Shown piece by piece: positions 1-8,328 of a DNA stretch of 64,000 nt (position 1 is its first letter; every line of letters starts with the position of its first letter). Source of the stretch: Chthonomonadaceae bacterium (GTDB lineage: Bacteria; Armatimonadota; Chthonomonadetes; Chthonomonadales; Chthonomonadaceae); contig DASRGZ010000064.1 in NCBI GenBank assembly GCA_035650735.1, positions 1 to 64,000 of the forward strand, given 5' to 3'. A model generated the notes under the pieces. It searched no databases and was not told where the DNA came from. It worked only from the letters and a program-made list of their open reading frames with translations. The translations under genes were made by a program, and so were the position numbers.

Positions 1-144
1 GACCCGACGAAGGTGGTGCGCACGGCGCTACAGAACGCGGCCTCCATCGCCGGCATGATCCTGACGACCGAGTGCCTGGTCTCGGAGAAGAAGGAAGAGC
101 CGAAGCCCGCGCCTGCCGGACCTCCCGGCGGCGGCATGTACTGA
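1..144 (+). CDS. groEL: Chaperonin GroEL, 3' end (partial)
   Basis: Frame 1 reads [27 protein letters not shown]...GGGMY*, the GroEL C-terminus. Confidence 0.97.
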   Translation, partial: DPTKVVRTALQNAASIAGMILTTECLVSEKKEEPKPAPAGPPGGGMY

Positions 145-176
145 TAAGCCCACGCTCTCAGAGCGAAAGGGAGAAC

Positions 177-212
177 AGAAGGCCGGAGCGAAAACTCCGG
201 CCTTCTCTGTTT
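177..212 (+). terminator. Intrinsic terminator after groEL
   Basis: AGAAGGCCGGAG-cgaaaa-CTCCGGCCTTCT hairpin followed by CTGTTT. Confidence 0.75.
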
Positions 213-291
213 GGTTGGGCTGAATTGGGATATACTAAAGATGCGCCTGCATGCATAGCAAAGCGACCTGCCACCAGGAGGATCAACCGCG

Positions 292-633
292 ATGAGTGAA
301 CAGACAGCTTTCCTGAACGCGACCGCCTCGCCAACGCCTTCGGACATCGGGCAGAAGTTTACGGAACTCGCTGCTGTCTGGCGTAGGGAAACCGGGCCGC
401 TTTCTTCCCTAACGGCAAAGGCGATGCATCCGGCCTATCAGCAGATCATCGGAATGGGGCAAGCGGTGATTCCGCTGCAACTGCGAGAACTGGAGCAGAG
501 GCCGGATCATTGGTTCTGGGCGCTACAGTCCATCACCGGAGAAAACCCCGTGCCGCCTACTCAACGCGGTCGGGCCAAGGAGATGACGCAAGCCTGGTTA
601 CAGTGGGGAAAGGAACATGGCTACACGTGGTAA
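292..633 (+). CDS. Conserved hypothetical protein (113 aa)
   Basis: AGGAGG RBS; motif-like HPAYQQIIGMG...HWFWAL...ITGENP; overlaps the next gene. Confidence 0.75.
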   Translation: MSEQTAFLNATASPTPSDIGQKFTELAAVWRRETGPLSSLTAKAMHPAYQQIIGMGQAVIPLQLRELEQRPDHWFWALQSITGENPVPPTQRGRAKEMTQAWLQWGKEHGYTW

Positions 634-1104
634 CGAGGCCATTGAATCCACTTTTCCCAGCCTGGCGACCAGTGGGTACGACATCACCAGCCCGGCAGCA
701 GAGGACTATAACTGCATTGCCTGGGCCGCAGGAGAGACAGATCGCTGGTGGTGGCCCGATCCGTTCTCTATTGGCTACTGGCCTGAGGGCGTGCCGCGTG
801 CGGAAACCCTGGAAGCGTTTATAAGGCGTATCAGACATTAGGCTATCAGCCCGGCGCAGAGGAAGGATTAGAACCGGGCTTTGAAAAGATCGCTCTCTAC
901 GCGGATGCAGCAGGAACACCGACGCACGCAGCAAAACAGCTTCCTTCGGGCCAATGGACAAGCAAGCTAGGATCAGGGGAGGATATCACCCATGCTACAC
1001 TGGAGGACCTGGCAGGCCCACTCTACGGCAAGACTGTCCAGATCATGAAGCGCCCGATTCGTAAAGAAGTGCCTAGAGCGTGGGATGCACTTGGGGCCTC
1101 TTGA
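617..1104 (+). pseudogene. Frameshifted hypothetical protein with Cys/His (papain-like) motifs
   Basis: YNCIAWA...ETLEAFI stops at 841, but frame 1 from 826 continues AYQTLGY...EKIALY...PTHAAKQ...WTSKLG to TGA at 1102-1104; one base missing near 824. Confidence 0.7.
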
Positions 1105-1130
1105 GGAGATAGGCCAGCCGCTCATTAGAG

Positions 1131-1162
1131 GCTTGGTGCTCGCTTTTTAGCGAGCACCAAGC
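1131..1162. terminator. Perfect hairpin between convergent genes
   Basis: GCTTGGTGCTCGCT-tttt-AGCGAGCACCAAGC. Confidence 0.6.
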
Positions 1163-1269
1163 GGTCATCAGCCTCCAAGTCCTCTCTCGAAGCAGGCAAA
1201 AAAGGGCATAACACCCTCTAGCGGAGTAACGGAGCCAGTATTCCGGGTCGCGGAGGAGTATCCTATATA

Positions 1270-2274
1270 TCAGGATGCCGCCAGCGGCTCGGTGGCGTAG
1301 GTATCGAAGGTGAGGCTGTCGGGGGGACGGTGCTGGAGGCGAAAATAGCCTGCGGCAGCGATCATGGCGGCGTTGTCGGTACAGAGGACCGGGGGCGGGA
1401 TGACCAGGCGCAGCCCTTCCTCATCGGCCATAGCCTGCATGGCGGCTTTCAGGCCGCGATTGGCCGCGACTCCGCCGGCCACGCAGATCGTGCGAATGCC
1501 CGTCGCGCGCGCGGCCCGGCGCATCTTCTCCGTCAGCACCTCCACGATGGCGGCCTGGAAGCTGGCGGCCACGTCGGGCAGGGGCGTCTGCCCGGCGTCT
1601 CTGGCGGCGAAGTTGCGCACGGCGGTCTTGAGGCCGCTGAAGCTGAAATCCAGGCTGTCGCCGAGCCAGGCGCGGGGGAAGGGAACGCGCGTGGGGTCGC
1701 CCTGCACGGCGAGTCTATCCACGTTCGGCCCGCCGGGATAGGGCAATCCGAGCAGGCGCGCGCCCTTGTCGAAGGCTTCGCCCGCCGCGTCGTCGCGCGT
1801 GCGGCCCAGCAGCGTGTAGCGGCCATGCCCGTCCATCCGCACGATCTCGGTGTGCCCGCCGGAGACGATGAGAATAAGCAGCGGAAAGGCGTGGACGAAG
1901 TCGGGCGCGGCCAGGAAGTTGGAGTAGACGTGGCCCTCCAGGTGATGCACGCCCACAAGCGGGATATGGCGTGCGTAGGCCAGGGCCTTGGCCGCCGAGA
2001 CGCCCACCAGCAGCGCGCCCAGCAGGCCGGGACGATTGGTGACGGCAATGGCCTCCAGGTCGCCGTAGGTCAGGCCCGCCGTATCCAGTGCCTCCTGCAC
2101 CACCGGCAGCAGCCGCTCGACGTGCTTGCGCGAGGCGACCTCCGGCACGACGCCGCCGTAGCGGGCATGGAGGTCGGCCTGGCTGGCGATCACATTGGCC
2201 TTTATCTCCCGCCCATCCACGACAATCGCCGCCGAGGTCTCATCGCAACTGGTTTCAATGCCAAGAACGTTCAT
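1270..2274 (-). CDS. tsaD: tRNA N6-threonylcarbamoyladenosine transferase TsaD
   Basis: [55 protein letters not shown]; start placed at ATG 2274, not the longer ORF start. Confidence 0.97.
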   Translation of the reverse strand: MNVLGIETSCDETSAAIVVDGREIKANVIASQADLHARYGGVVPEVASRKHVERLLPVVQEALDTAGLTYGDLEAIAVTNRPGLLGALLVGVSAAKALAYARHIPLVGVHHLEGHVYSNFLAAPDFVHAFPLLILIVSGGHTEIVRMDGHGRYTLLGRTRDDAAGEAFDKGARLLGLPYPGGPNVDRLAVQGDPTRVPFPRAWLGDSLDFSFSGLKTAVRNFAARDAGQTPLPDVAASFQAAIVEVLTEKMRRAARATGIRTICVAGGVAANRGLKAAMQAMADEEGLRLVIPPPVLCTDNAAMIAAAGYFRLQHRPPDSLTFDTYATEPLAAS

Positions 2275-2331
2275 CGTTGGTATTATATCACGTCCTGGCG
2301 GCTCGAAGGAACTCTGTCTCTGCCCTTCTCC

Positions 2332-2390
2332 CGGCAGGCTGAACCCTGCCGCTGTGGGGCCTACGGCCCGCGGCCTGCCTACGCGGGCAG
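2332..2390. repeat. ~59-bp multi-hairpin interspersed repeat (second copy 56328-56386)
   Basis: CGGCAGGCTrAACCCTGCCGCTGTGGGGCyTACrGCCCGC shared by both copies. Confidence 0.7.
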
Positions 2391-2408
2391 AGAGAAAGCT
2401 TCTGTTCT

Positions 2409-2560
2409 CCCTTCTCCCTTGGAGGGAGAAGGGCCGGGGATGAGGGTAGATAAAGCAAAACGGAAGAACCTGGGAGTAAGGCCCTCTCCCCTCTCCTTGA
2501 GAAGGAGAGGGGTTGGGGGTGAGGTAGGCGTCCGCAAGGACGCTTGGCCGTAGGCCACAC
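2409..2560. repeat. REP-like palindrome cluster
   Basis: CCCTTCTCCC-ttgga-GGGAGAAGGG and CCCCTCTCCTT-gag-AAGGAGAGGGG, each followed by a GGGG(A/G)TGAGG tail; the family recurs across the window. Confidence 0.75.
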
Positions 2561-2606
2561 AGACGGGTCACTTATGGCCCGGCACAGCGATTGCCTGGCT
2601 TGTCTA

Positions 2607-2912
2607 TCAGGCGACCTGGCGGACCTTTTTGCGTGGGCGGGAAGCGCGGGCGGGCCGGGCGCTTTCGGTATCCGACTGCGCCAGGGCGTGCTCGGCCTCC
2701 AGGGACGTCAGCGTCGCGTTGAACGCATGCTCCAGGGCATGGCAGCCCGGATAGCCGGCCAGCACCTCGCGAAAGCGCCTATAGTCCAGCGCCGCTCCTC
2801 GGAACACGCCCAGCGCCTCTTCGCGCTCGCCCAGGAGGGCTTTCGTGCGCGCCGCCGCCAGCCGCTCGGCAATATCCTCATAGATGTCACCCAGTGTGAA
2901 CTCCTCTTCCAT
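2607..2912 (-). CDS. Hypothetical helical protein (101 aa)
   Basis: AAAGGGAG RBS, GC3-biased codons, divergent from the sigma operon. Confidence 0.7.
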   Translation of the reverse strand: MEEEFTLGDIYEDIAERLAAARTKALLGEREEALGVFRGAALDYRRFREVLAGYPGCHALEHAFNATLTSLEAEHALAQSDTESARPARASRPRKKVRQVA

Positions 2913-3117
2913 TGTTGCGACTCCCTTTAACTTTAGGCAGGTTTTTCTGCCCTTTCTCTCGTAACTACACAGCAGGTTCTAAAACAGGAAAATGCCGGCA
3001 AGGGAATTTCCGGCAAATTTCTCACAAATCTCTCTCAGCAGCTTTCCGGTTTGCGCCGAGGGCGCAGAGTCGGGATAGCAAAAGTCAAGTATCCGTCAAG
3101 CCGCTTTCTCGCCGGAG

Positions 3118-3894
3118 ATGAGGATGCAGGAACGTAGTGCGCCCACAACGCCAGATCGACCTCTTAGCCCGCTGCGGCCTCTCCAGACCGAGGGACGGTA
3201 TCGGGAACCGCAGGTCGAAGCGCAGATCCAGTTCTTGCTGGCCTGCCCGCCCCAGGAATTCTGGCGGCGTGCGCGCCTCCAGGATCGTTCGGCGGCGGAG
3301 TGGGTACAGGACGAGGCCCTGGTCAGCATCCTGCGCCACCGGAACCGGCGTGGCGAGAGCGAGGCAGCCTGGCAGATCGCCGAATTGCTGATCGAGCGGA
3401 GCGCCCGCTTCATCTACCAGCATATCCGGTGCTGGAGGCAGCTCACGGCCCAGCAGGTGGAGGAGTGCATCCGGGATGTGCAGGTGCAGATGCTCCAGGA
3501 CCTGTTCAGCGAGGAGCGCCGCTGCGAATTCTGGGAGGTACGCTTCTGGCTTTGCCTGAAACGCCGCCTCATTAACCTCGTCCAGAAGTACCGCGCGGCG
3601 GCGGAGGCGGAGATGGAGCCCAGCCCTATCGAGGATGACGAGGGCCGCGCCACCGATTTTTTCGACCGCGTCTCCGCTCCCGACACGCTCTCGGCCCAGC
3701 AGCGCGCCGAGATCGCCGAGGCGCTGGCCCTGCTGACCGACCAGGAGCGCACGGTCTTCGTCCTCTACCACTACGAGGACTGGCCGCAGCAGCAGATCGC
3801 TGCCCATCTAAACGTGACGGATCGCACGGTACGCAATTTGCTGTCTCGCGCCCAGAAACGGCTGGAACACTGGCGCACGGACAACCTACAGTGA
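3118..3894 (+). CDS. ECF-like sigma-70 family RNA polymerase sigma factor with N-terminal extension
   Basis: Region-2-like VEECIRDV...FWLCLKRRLINLVQK; region-4 HTH LTDQERTVFVLYHYEDWPQQQIAAHLNVTDRTVRNLLSRA. Confidence 0.85.
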   Translation: MRMQERSAPTTPDRPLSPLRPLQTEGRYREPQVEAQIQFLLACPPQEFWRRARLQDRSAAEWVQDEALVSILRHRNRRGESEAAWQIAELLIERSARFIYQHIRCWRQLTAQQVEECIRDVQVQMLQDLFSEERRCEFWEVRFWLCLKRRLINLVQKYRAAAEAEMEPSPIEDDEGRATDFFDRVSAPDTLSAQQRAEIAEALALLTDQERTVFVLYHYEDWPQQQIAAHLNVTDRTVRNLLSRAQKRLEHWRTDNLQ

Positions 3895-3910
3895 TTGGCA
3901 GGAACCTAAG

Positions 3911-4540
3911 ATGACACACGCTGAAGAAAACGAGAGAGATGCGCTGTTTGCCGCATGGAGCGAGGACCGGCAGGGACGCGCCCCCAGGTCGCTGCAGGAG
4001 TGGATCGAGCTTCATCCCGCCTATGCCGCCGATCTGATCCGCTGGGCAGCAGAGGCGCCCCTTCTGGATTGCGCCCTCGACCTGCCGCCCGACGCCGCCG
4101 GCGAGGCGCGCGTCCTCGCCATCGGGCGCCAGGTACTCGCGGAGATGCGCGCGCGCTATCAGACCGCCGCCGTGACTCCCCTGCAGGGATTGCTGGAAGC
4201 TGCTCGCTCGCGGGGACTGACGCCCAAAGCGCTGGCGGGGCGGCTAAATGTCGGTCTTTCGACGGTCGCCAAGCTGCAGCAGCGCCACTTCCGGCTCGCG
4301 TCCATTCCGTCAGAGCTTATCGCCTGCCTGGCGGACGCCCTGCAGGTGAGCGCCGATCAGGTCCGCGACTATCTGCGTCGTCCCCCGACCTTGGCGCCCG
4401 CCGCCAGCTACAAGTCGGAGGAGGTGCCCCGCGCCGCCGCGCAGGAAGACTTCGCGCAGGCTATCCGCGCCTGCCGCGATATGACCGCAGAACAGAAGCG
4501 CTACTGGCTCGCCGCCGCTTCCGAAAACGAGCCGCGTTAA
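3911..4540 (+). CDS. XRE-like HTH protein with N-terminal helical domain (putative repressor/anti-sigma)
   Basis: GLTPKALAGRLNVGLSTVAKLQ...LADALQVSADQV HTH pattern; 16 bp downstream of the sigma gene. Confidence 0.7.
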   Translation: MTHAEENERDALFAAWSEDRQGRAPRSLQEWIELHPAYAADLIRWAAEAPLLDCALDLPPDAAGEARVLAIGRQVLAEMRARYQTAAVTPLQGLLEAARSRGLTPKALAGRLNVGLSTVAKLQQRHFRLASIPSELIACLADALQVSADQVRDYLRRPPTLAPAASYKSEEVPRAAAQEDFAQAIRACRDMTAEQKRYWLAAASENEPR

Positions 4541-4548
4541 GGCTCTAA

Positions 4549-4685
4549 AGCCGGGCACTGAAAGTACCCGGCTTCAGGGCCTACGGCCAACCGTCCATAC
4601 GGACGGAACCTCTGGCTAGAGTCAGCGTCCGGAGGACGCCTGGCGGCGTAGCCGCCCTACAGCCGGGTACTTTCAGTGCCCGGCT
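4549..4685. repeat. 137-bp element bounded by perfect 25-bp inverted repeats (REP-doublet/MITE-like)
   Basis: AGCCGGGCACTGAAAGTACCCGGCT (4549-4573) and its exact reverse complement (4661-4685); internal hairpins. Confidence 0.8.
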
Positions 4686-4758
4686 GGATGTGGGTCAGAC
4701 GGATCATGGATAGCCCAGATAAGTCCTGGCACGTAACCTGAGTTAAGGATTTGCGCCC

Positions 4759-7700
4759 ATGCCGGATTGGACGGCGCTGCGCCGCCGCGCCCGCGCCTAT
4801 CATCAGCAAGTACGCTCCCAACTGCCGGCCCAGACGCCTCCGCTCGTGCCCGCCGAGGCGCTGCTGGCGGCTGCCGAGGCCGAGACGGGCCTGACGCGGC
4901 TGCCCCTGCCGCCAGGCGACTCGCTGCTGGCGGGCGCGCAGGCCGTCCTGGACCGAGACATGGGCTGCATCTGGTATGCCCAGGACGACGGACTTCCCGA
5001 AGCGCGCCAGCGGTTTGCGCAGGCCCATGAGTTCGCCCACCACTGGCTGCATCCCGGCCCGTGCCGCTGCCACGTCGAAGACGGCGAGGATGCCTTCCTT
5101 GCCGAGCCGCTCTCGCCCGGCGCTCAGGTCGCCTATGGTTACAGCCCCGCAGAACGCCGCGAAACGGAAGCCAACCTTTTTGCCGCCGAATTTCTCCTCC
5201 CGGCCCCGGCCCTGCGCCATGCCTTCCTCGTCCACGGCTGGAACGCCGCCCGCATCGCAGAGCACGTCGGGCTCTCCGAGTCCTGTGTTCTGGCGCAGTT
5301 GGCCGAGGCGCTGCTGCTGCCCCAGCAGGAAGAAAGAGAAACAGGAAGCCAGAAAAGGGCGAAGGGAAGCGGAGGCGCTTCTCCACGGCGGGGCCTCAAT
5401 GCCAGCCAGCGTGCCGCCGCCGAGGTCGAGGCCGGGCCGGTGCTGGTGGATGCCGGGCCGGGCACGGGCAAGACGCACACGCTGGTGGCGCGCGCGCTCT
5501 ATCTGCTGCAGGAGCGCGGAGTGGCGCCGGAAAATATCCTGGCGCTCACCTTCTCCAATAAGGCGGCGGAGGAGATGCGGACGCGCCTGGCCGCCGTCGT
5601 GCCTGACGCTGCCGACCGCCTCTGGATCGGAACGTTTCATGCGTTCGGGTTGGAGATGCTGCGCAAGGAGGGCAGCCGCATCGGGCTGCCGCTCCGACCG
5701 GGCCTGCTGGAGCTGGCCGATGCCATCGTCCTGCTCGAACGCCACCTCGACCGCCTGCCTTTGAGCGAGTTCGCCTACCTGCACGACCCGACCCTGCCCT
5801 TCGCCTCCATCCTCAACTGCATCTCCCGCGCCAAGGATGAGCTTAAGACGCCGGCGGACTATATGGCGGCGGCGTTGGCCCAGCATGACGCGGCGAAGGA
5901 TGGCGAGACGAGACGCGCCGCGCTCAAATCCCTCGAGATCGCCCACATCTACCGGATCTATCAGGATCTCCTGGCTGAATACGGCCTGCTCGACTTCGGC
6001 GACCTGCTCATGCGTCCCGTGGAGCTGCTGGATCGGTGTCCCAACGTGCAGGAGCGTTGGCAAGCTCAGTATCCGCACATCCTGGCCGACGAGTATCAGG
6101 ACATCAACCGGGCCAGTGCCCAGCTTGTGCGCCGCCTGGCCGGAGACGGGCGCGGCCTGTGGGCCGTGGGCGATCTGCGGCAGGCGATCTATCGTTTCCG
6201 TGGCGCCTCGCCCGCCAACGTGCGCCAGTTCGAGCAGGATTTTCCCGGCGGGCGCCGCCTGCAGCTCGACGTCAACTATCGCTCCCGCCCGTCGCTCGTC
6301 TCCCTGTTTAGCGCAGTAGCCGCGCAGATGCCCGCCGAGCCGTCCAATGCCGGGCGCACGCGGGCGCACCGGGCCTGGCAGGCCCACCGCGACGAGACGG
6401 GCTCGCCCGCCATCACGCTGGCCGTTGCCGCAGATGAGGAGGCGCACGCGGACGGTCTGGCGGCCCAGATTCGCGCCTGGGAAGCGGCCGGCGTGCCGCT
6501 GCGCGACCAAGCCATCCTCTGCCGCACCAACGCGCAGGCGACCGACCTCTCGGAGCGCCTGGAGGCGCGCGGCGTCCCGACCCTGCACCTGGGCGACCTG
6601 TTTGACCGCCCGGAGGTCAAGGACCTGCTCTCCCTGCTCGCGCTGGCGTGCGGCCCGACCGGGAGGGAACTGGCGCGCGTGGCGCAATTTGCCGACTACT
6701 CCATTCCCGCCGAGGACGTCTCCTGTCTGCTGCGGGCCGTGCAGGAGGCCGGCGTCGCCTTCCCCGGCGCGCTGGCGCTGGCCGCCGATCTTCCGAGCCT
6801 CTCGGAAGCGGGGCGGCGGGGCCTGCTGCGGTTGTGGGCGCATTTGCAGCCGCTTGTCTATCGCGGCGACGCCTGGCTGCTGCTGGCCCGCTACCTGTTC
6901 GATATCAGCGACTATCTGCGTCCCCTGCTGGCCGGGGAGACTATCGCGAGCCGTCAGAAGCTGCTGGCCCTCTATCAATTGCTCAGCTTCGCGCAGGACT
7001 ACGGACGGAAACTGGCGCAAACGGGCGCTGAGTCGCCGCAGCGCGCCTTTCTAGAGCATATCCGCCGGCTGCGGGCCTGCAAGGAGGACAAGGTACGTCT
7101 GCCTGCCGCCGCCGAGGAGCTGGATGGCGTGCGCCTGATGACCATACACGCCTCCAAGGGCCTGGAGTTTCCCGTCGTCTACCTACCGCACCTGACGAAG
7201 GGCCAGTTTCCGCCGCGCGCGCAATCGTCCCTGGCCGAGCCGCCGCCGTCCCTGCTTTTGGAAGCCGAGCCTGAGTCCGCAGCCGATAGGGAAACGGCAG
7301 AGGAGGCCGAGGGCGAGTCCTGCCTGTTCTTTGTGGCGCTCTCGCGCGCCCGCGATCATCTGGCGCTGTGTCGCGCGGAGTCCGTGCGAGGGAAGTCTAT
7401 CGCGCCCTCTCCCCTTCTGGCGGGCATCGAGGCGGCGCTAGAGCGTTCAGGAGCGCGTCTCGTGCGCTGGGAGCGCGCCGCGCCGGAGACAGAGGAGACG
7501 GAAGAGGCGGCAGAGTCCAACGTGGAGGGCGAGAGCCTTCCAGGCGACAGGCCGGAGCTTCCCATAAGTGCGCTGGAGCAGTACCAGCGGTGCCCGCGCC
7601 AGTTCTACTACCAGCGGATCGCCTGCCTGCCCGCTCAGGAAGCCGACCCGATCTACCTGGCTTTCTATCACTGTATGCAGGCGGTGGCGCGCTGGACGCA

Positions 7701-8262
7701 GGAGCAGCAGGCTGCGGGCCGAACGCCCACGCTGGCAGAGCGGAAGGCGCGGTGGGAAGCGCTCTGGGCGGAGCGCGTGCCTGACCCGGAGAGCGGGCAG
7801 GCGAAACTGCTGCACGCTCACGCGCAATCCCTTCTGGAAAACGTGCCGGACTATTCGCCGCCTTCCGACGCCGCCGAGCCGACGGGCCTGGAGTTAGTGG
7901 CGGACCTGCCCAACGGGCGTGTCCGACTCTCCTGCGACCACGCCGAGCAATTGCCGGACGGCACGCTCCGCCTGGGCCGTTACGTCCGAGGCCGGGCGAA
8001 GAAGGACGACCACACGGCCCCGCGCCTGGCCCTGATGCGCCATGCCGCCCGGCAGCAGGACCCCGCGCGCCCGGTCGAGATCGCCCTCTACTACCTCGCC
8101 GACGGCCAGCAGCGGGAAGTTCCCGAAAAGCCCCGCTACGAGCCTGCCCGCGTCGCAAAGTATGATGAGGCGCTGCGCGGCATCCGTGCCGGGCACTTCC
8201 CGCCCGAATCCGACGACCGCAAGTGCGCGCAGTGTCCCTACTTCTTCCTCTGTCCCGCTTAA
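4759..8262 (+). CDS. ImmA/IrrE-type Zn metallopeptidase - UvrD/PcrA SF1 helicase - Fe-S PD-(D/E)XK-fold fusion (1167 aa)
   Basis: RQRFAQAHEFAH and ETEANLFAAEFLLP; helicase motifs AGPGTGKT, LTFSNKAA, TFHAF, DEYQD, GDLRQAIYRFRGA, NYRS, TIHASKGLEF, FVALSRA; CPR...CAQCPYFFLC. Confidence 0.92.
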   Translation: MPDWTALRRRARAYHQQVRSQLPAQTPPLVPAEALLAAAEAETGLTRLPLPPGDSLLAGAQAVLDRDMGCIWYAQDDGLPEARQRFAQAHEFAHHWLHPGPCRCHVEDGEDAFLAEPLSPGAQVAYGYSPAERRETEANLFAAEFLLPAPALRHAFLVHGWNAARIAEHVGLSESCVLAQLAEALLLPQQEERETGSQKRAKGSGGASPRRGLNASQRAAAEVEAGPVLVDAGPGTGKTHTLVARALYLLQERGVAPENILALTFSNKAAEEMRTRLAAVVPDAADRLWIGTFHAFGLEMLRKEGSRIGLPLRPGLLELADAIVLLERHLDRLPLSEFAYLHDPTLPFASILNCISRAKDELKTPADYMAAALAQHDAAKDGETRRAALKSLEIAHIYRIYQDLLAEYGLLDFGDLLMRPVELLDRCPNVQERWQAQYPHILADEYQDINRASAQLVRRLAGDGRGLWAVGDLRQAIYRFRGASPANVRQFEQDFPGGRRLQLDVNYRSRPSLVSLFSAVAAQMPAEPSNAGRTRAHRAWQAHRDETGSPAITLAVAADEEAHADGLAAQIRAWEAAGVPLRDQAILCRTNAQATDLSERLEARGVPTLHLGDLFDRPEVKDLLSLLALACGPTGRELARVAQFADYSIPAEDVSCLLRAVQEAGVAFPGALALAADLPSLSEAGRRGLLRLWAHLQPLVYRGDAWLLLARYLFDISDYLRPLLAGETIASRQKLLALYQLLSFAQDYGRKLAQTGAESPQRAFLEHIRRLRACKEDKVRLPAAAEELDGVRLMTIHASKGLEFPVVYLPHLTKGQFPPRAQSSLAEPPPSLLLEAEPESAADRETAEEAEGESCLFFVALSRARDHLALCRAESVRGKSIAPSPLLAGIEAALERSGARLVRWERAAPETEETEEAAESNVEGESLPGDRPELPISALEQYQRCPRQFYYQRIACLPAQEADPIYLAFYHCMQAVARWTQEQQAAGRTPTLAERKARWEALWAERVPDPESGQAKLLHAHAQSLLENVPDYSPPSDAAEPTGLELVADLPNGRVRLSCDHAEQLPDGTLRLGRYVRGRAKKDDHTAPRLALMRHAARQQDPARPVEIALYYLADGQQREVPEKPRYEPARVAKYDEALRGIRAGHFPPESDDRKCAQCPYFFLCPA

Positions 8263-8328
8263 AATCTACCTCAACACTCTCCAGAGCGCCTGCAAGTGCT
8301 GCTAAAACGAGCGGAACCGCAGTTGCTG

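Noticed and set aside
2275..2571. N-terminal extensions of ORF-track calls for tsaD, UDG (37401), chrB-N (40495), the GH127-like gene (31704) and the 33265 ORF
   Set aside because: They translate REP repeats or overlap neighbouring genes; downstream starts match the family N-termini, mostly with an RBS
4657..7020. 787-aa minus-strand ORF and many other long antisense or alternate-frame ORFs (e.g. 1330-2553, 17140-18375, 23058-24509, 57288-58517)
   Set aside because: Shadow ORFs of motif-bearing genes in a high-GC genome; no motifs or RBS
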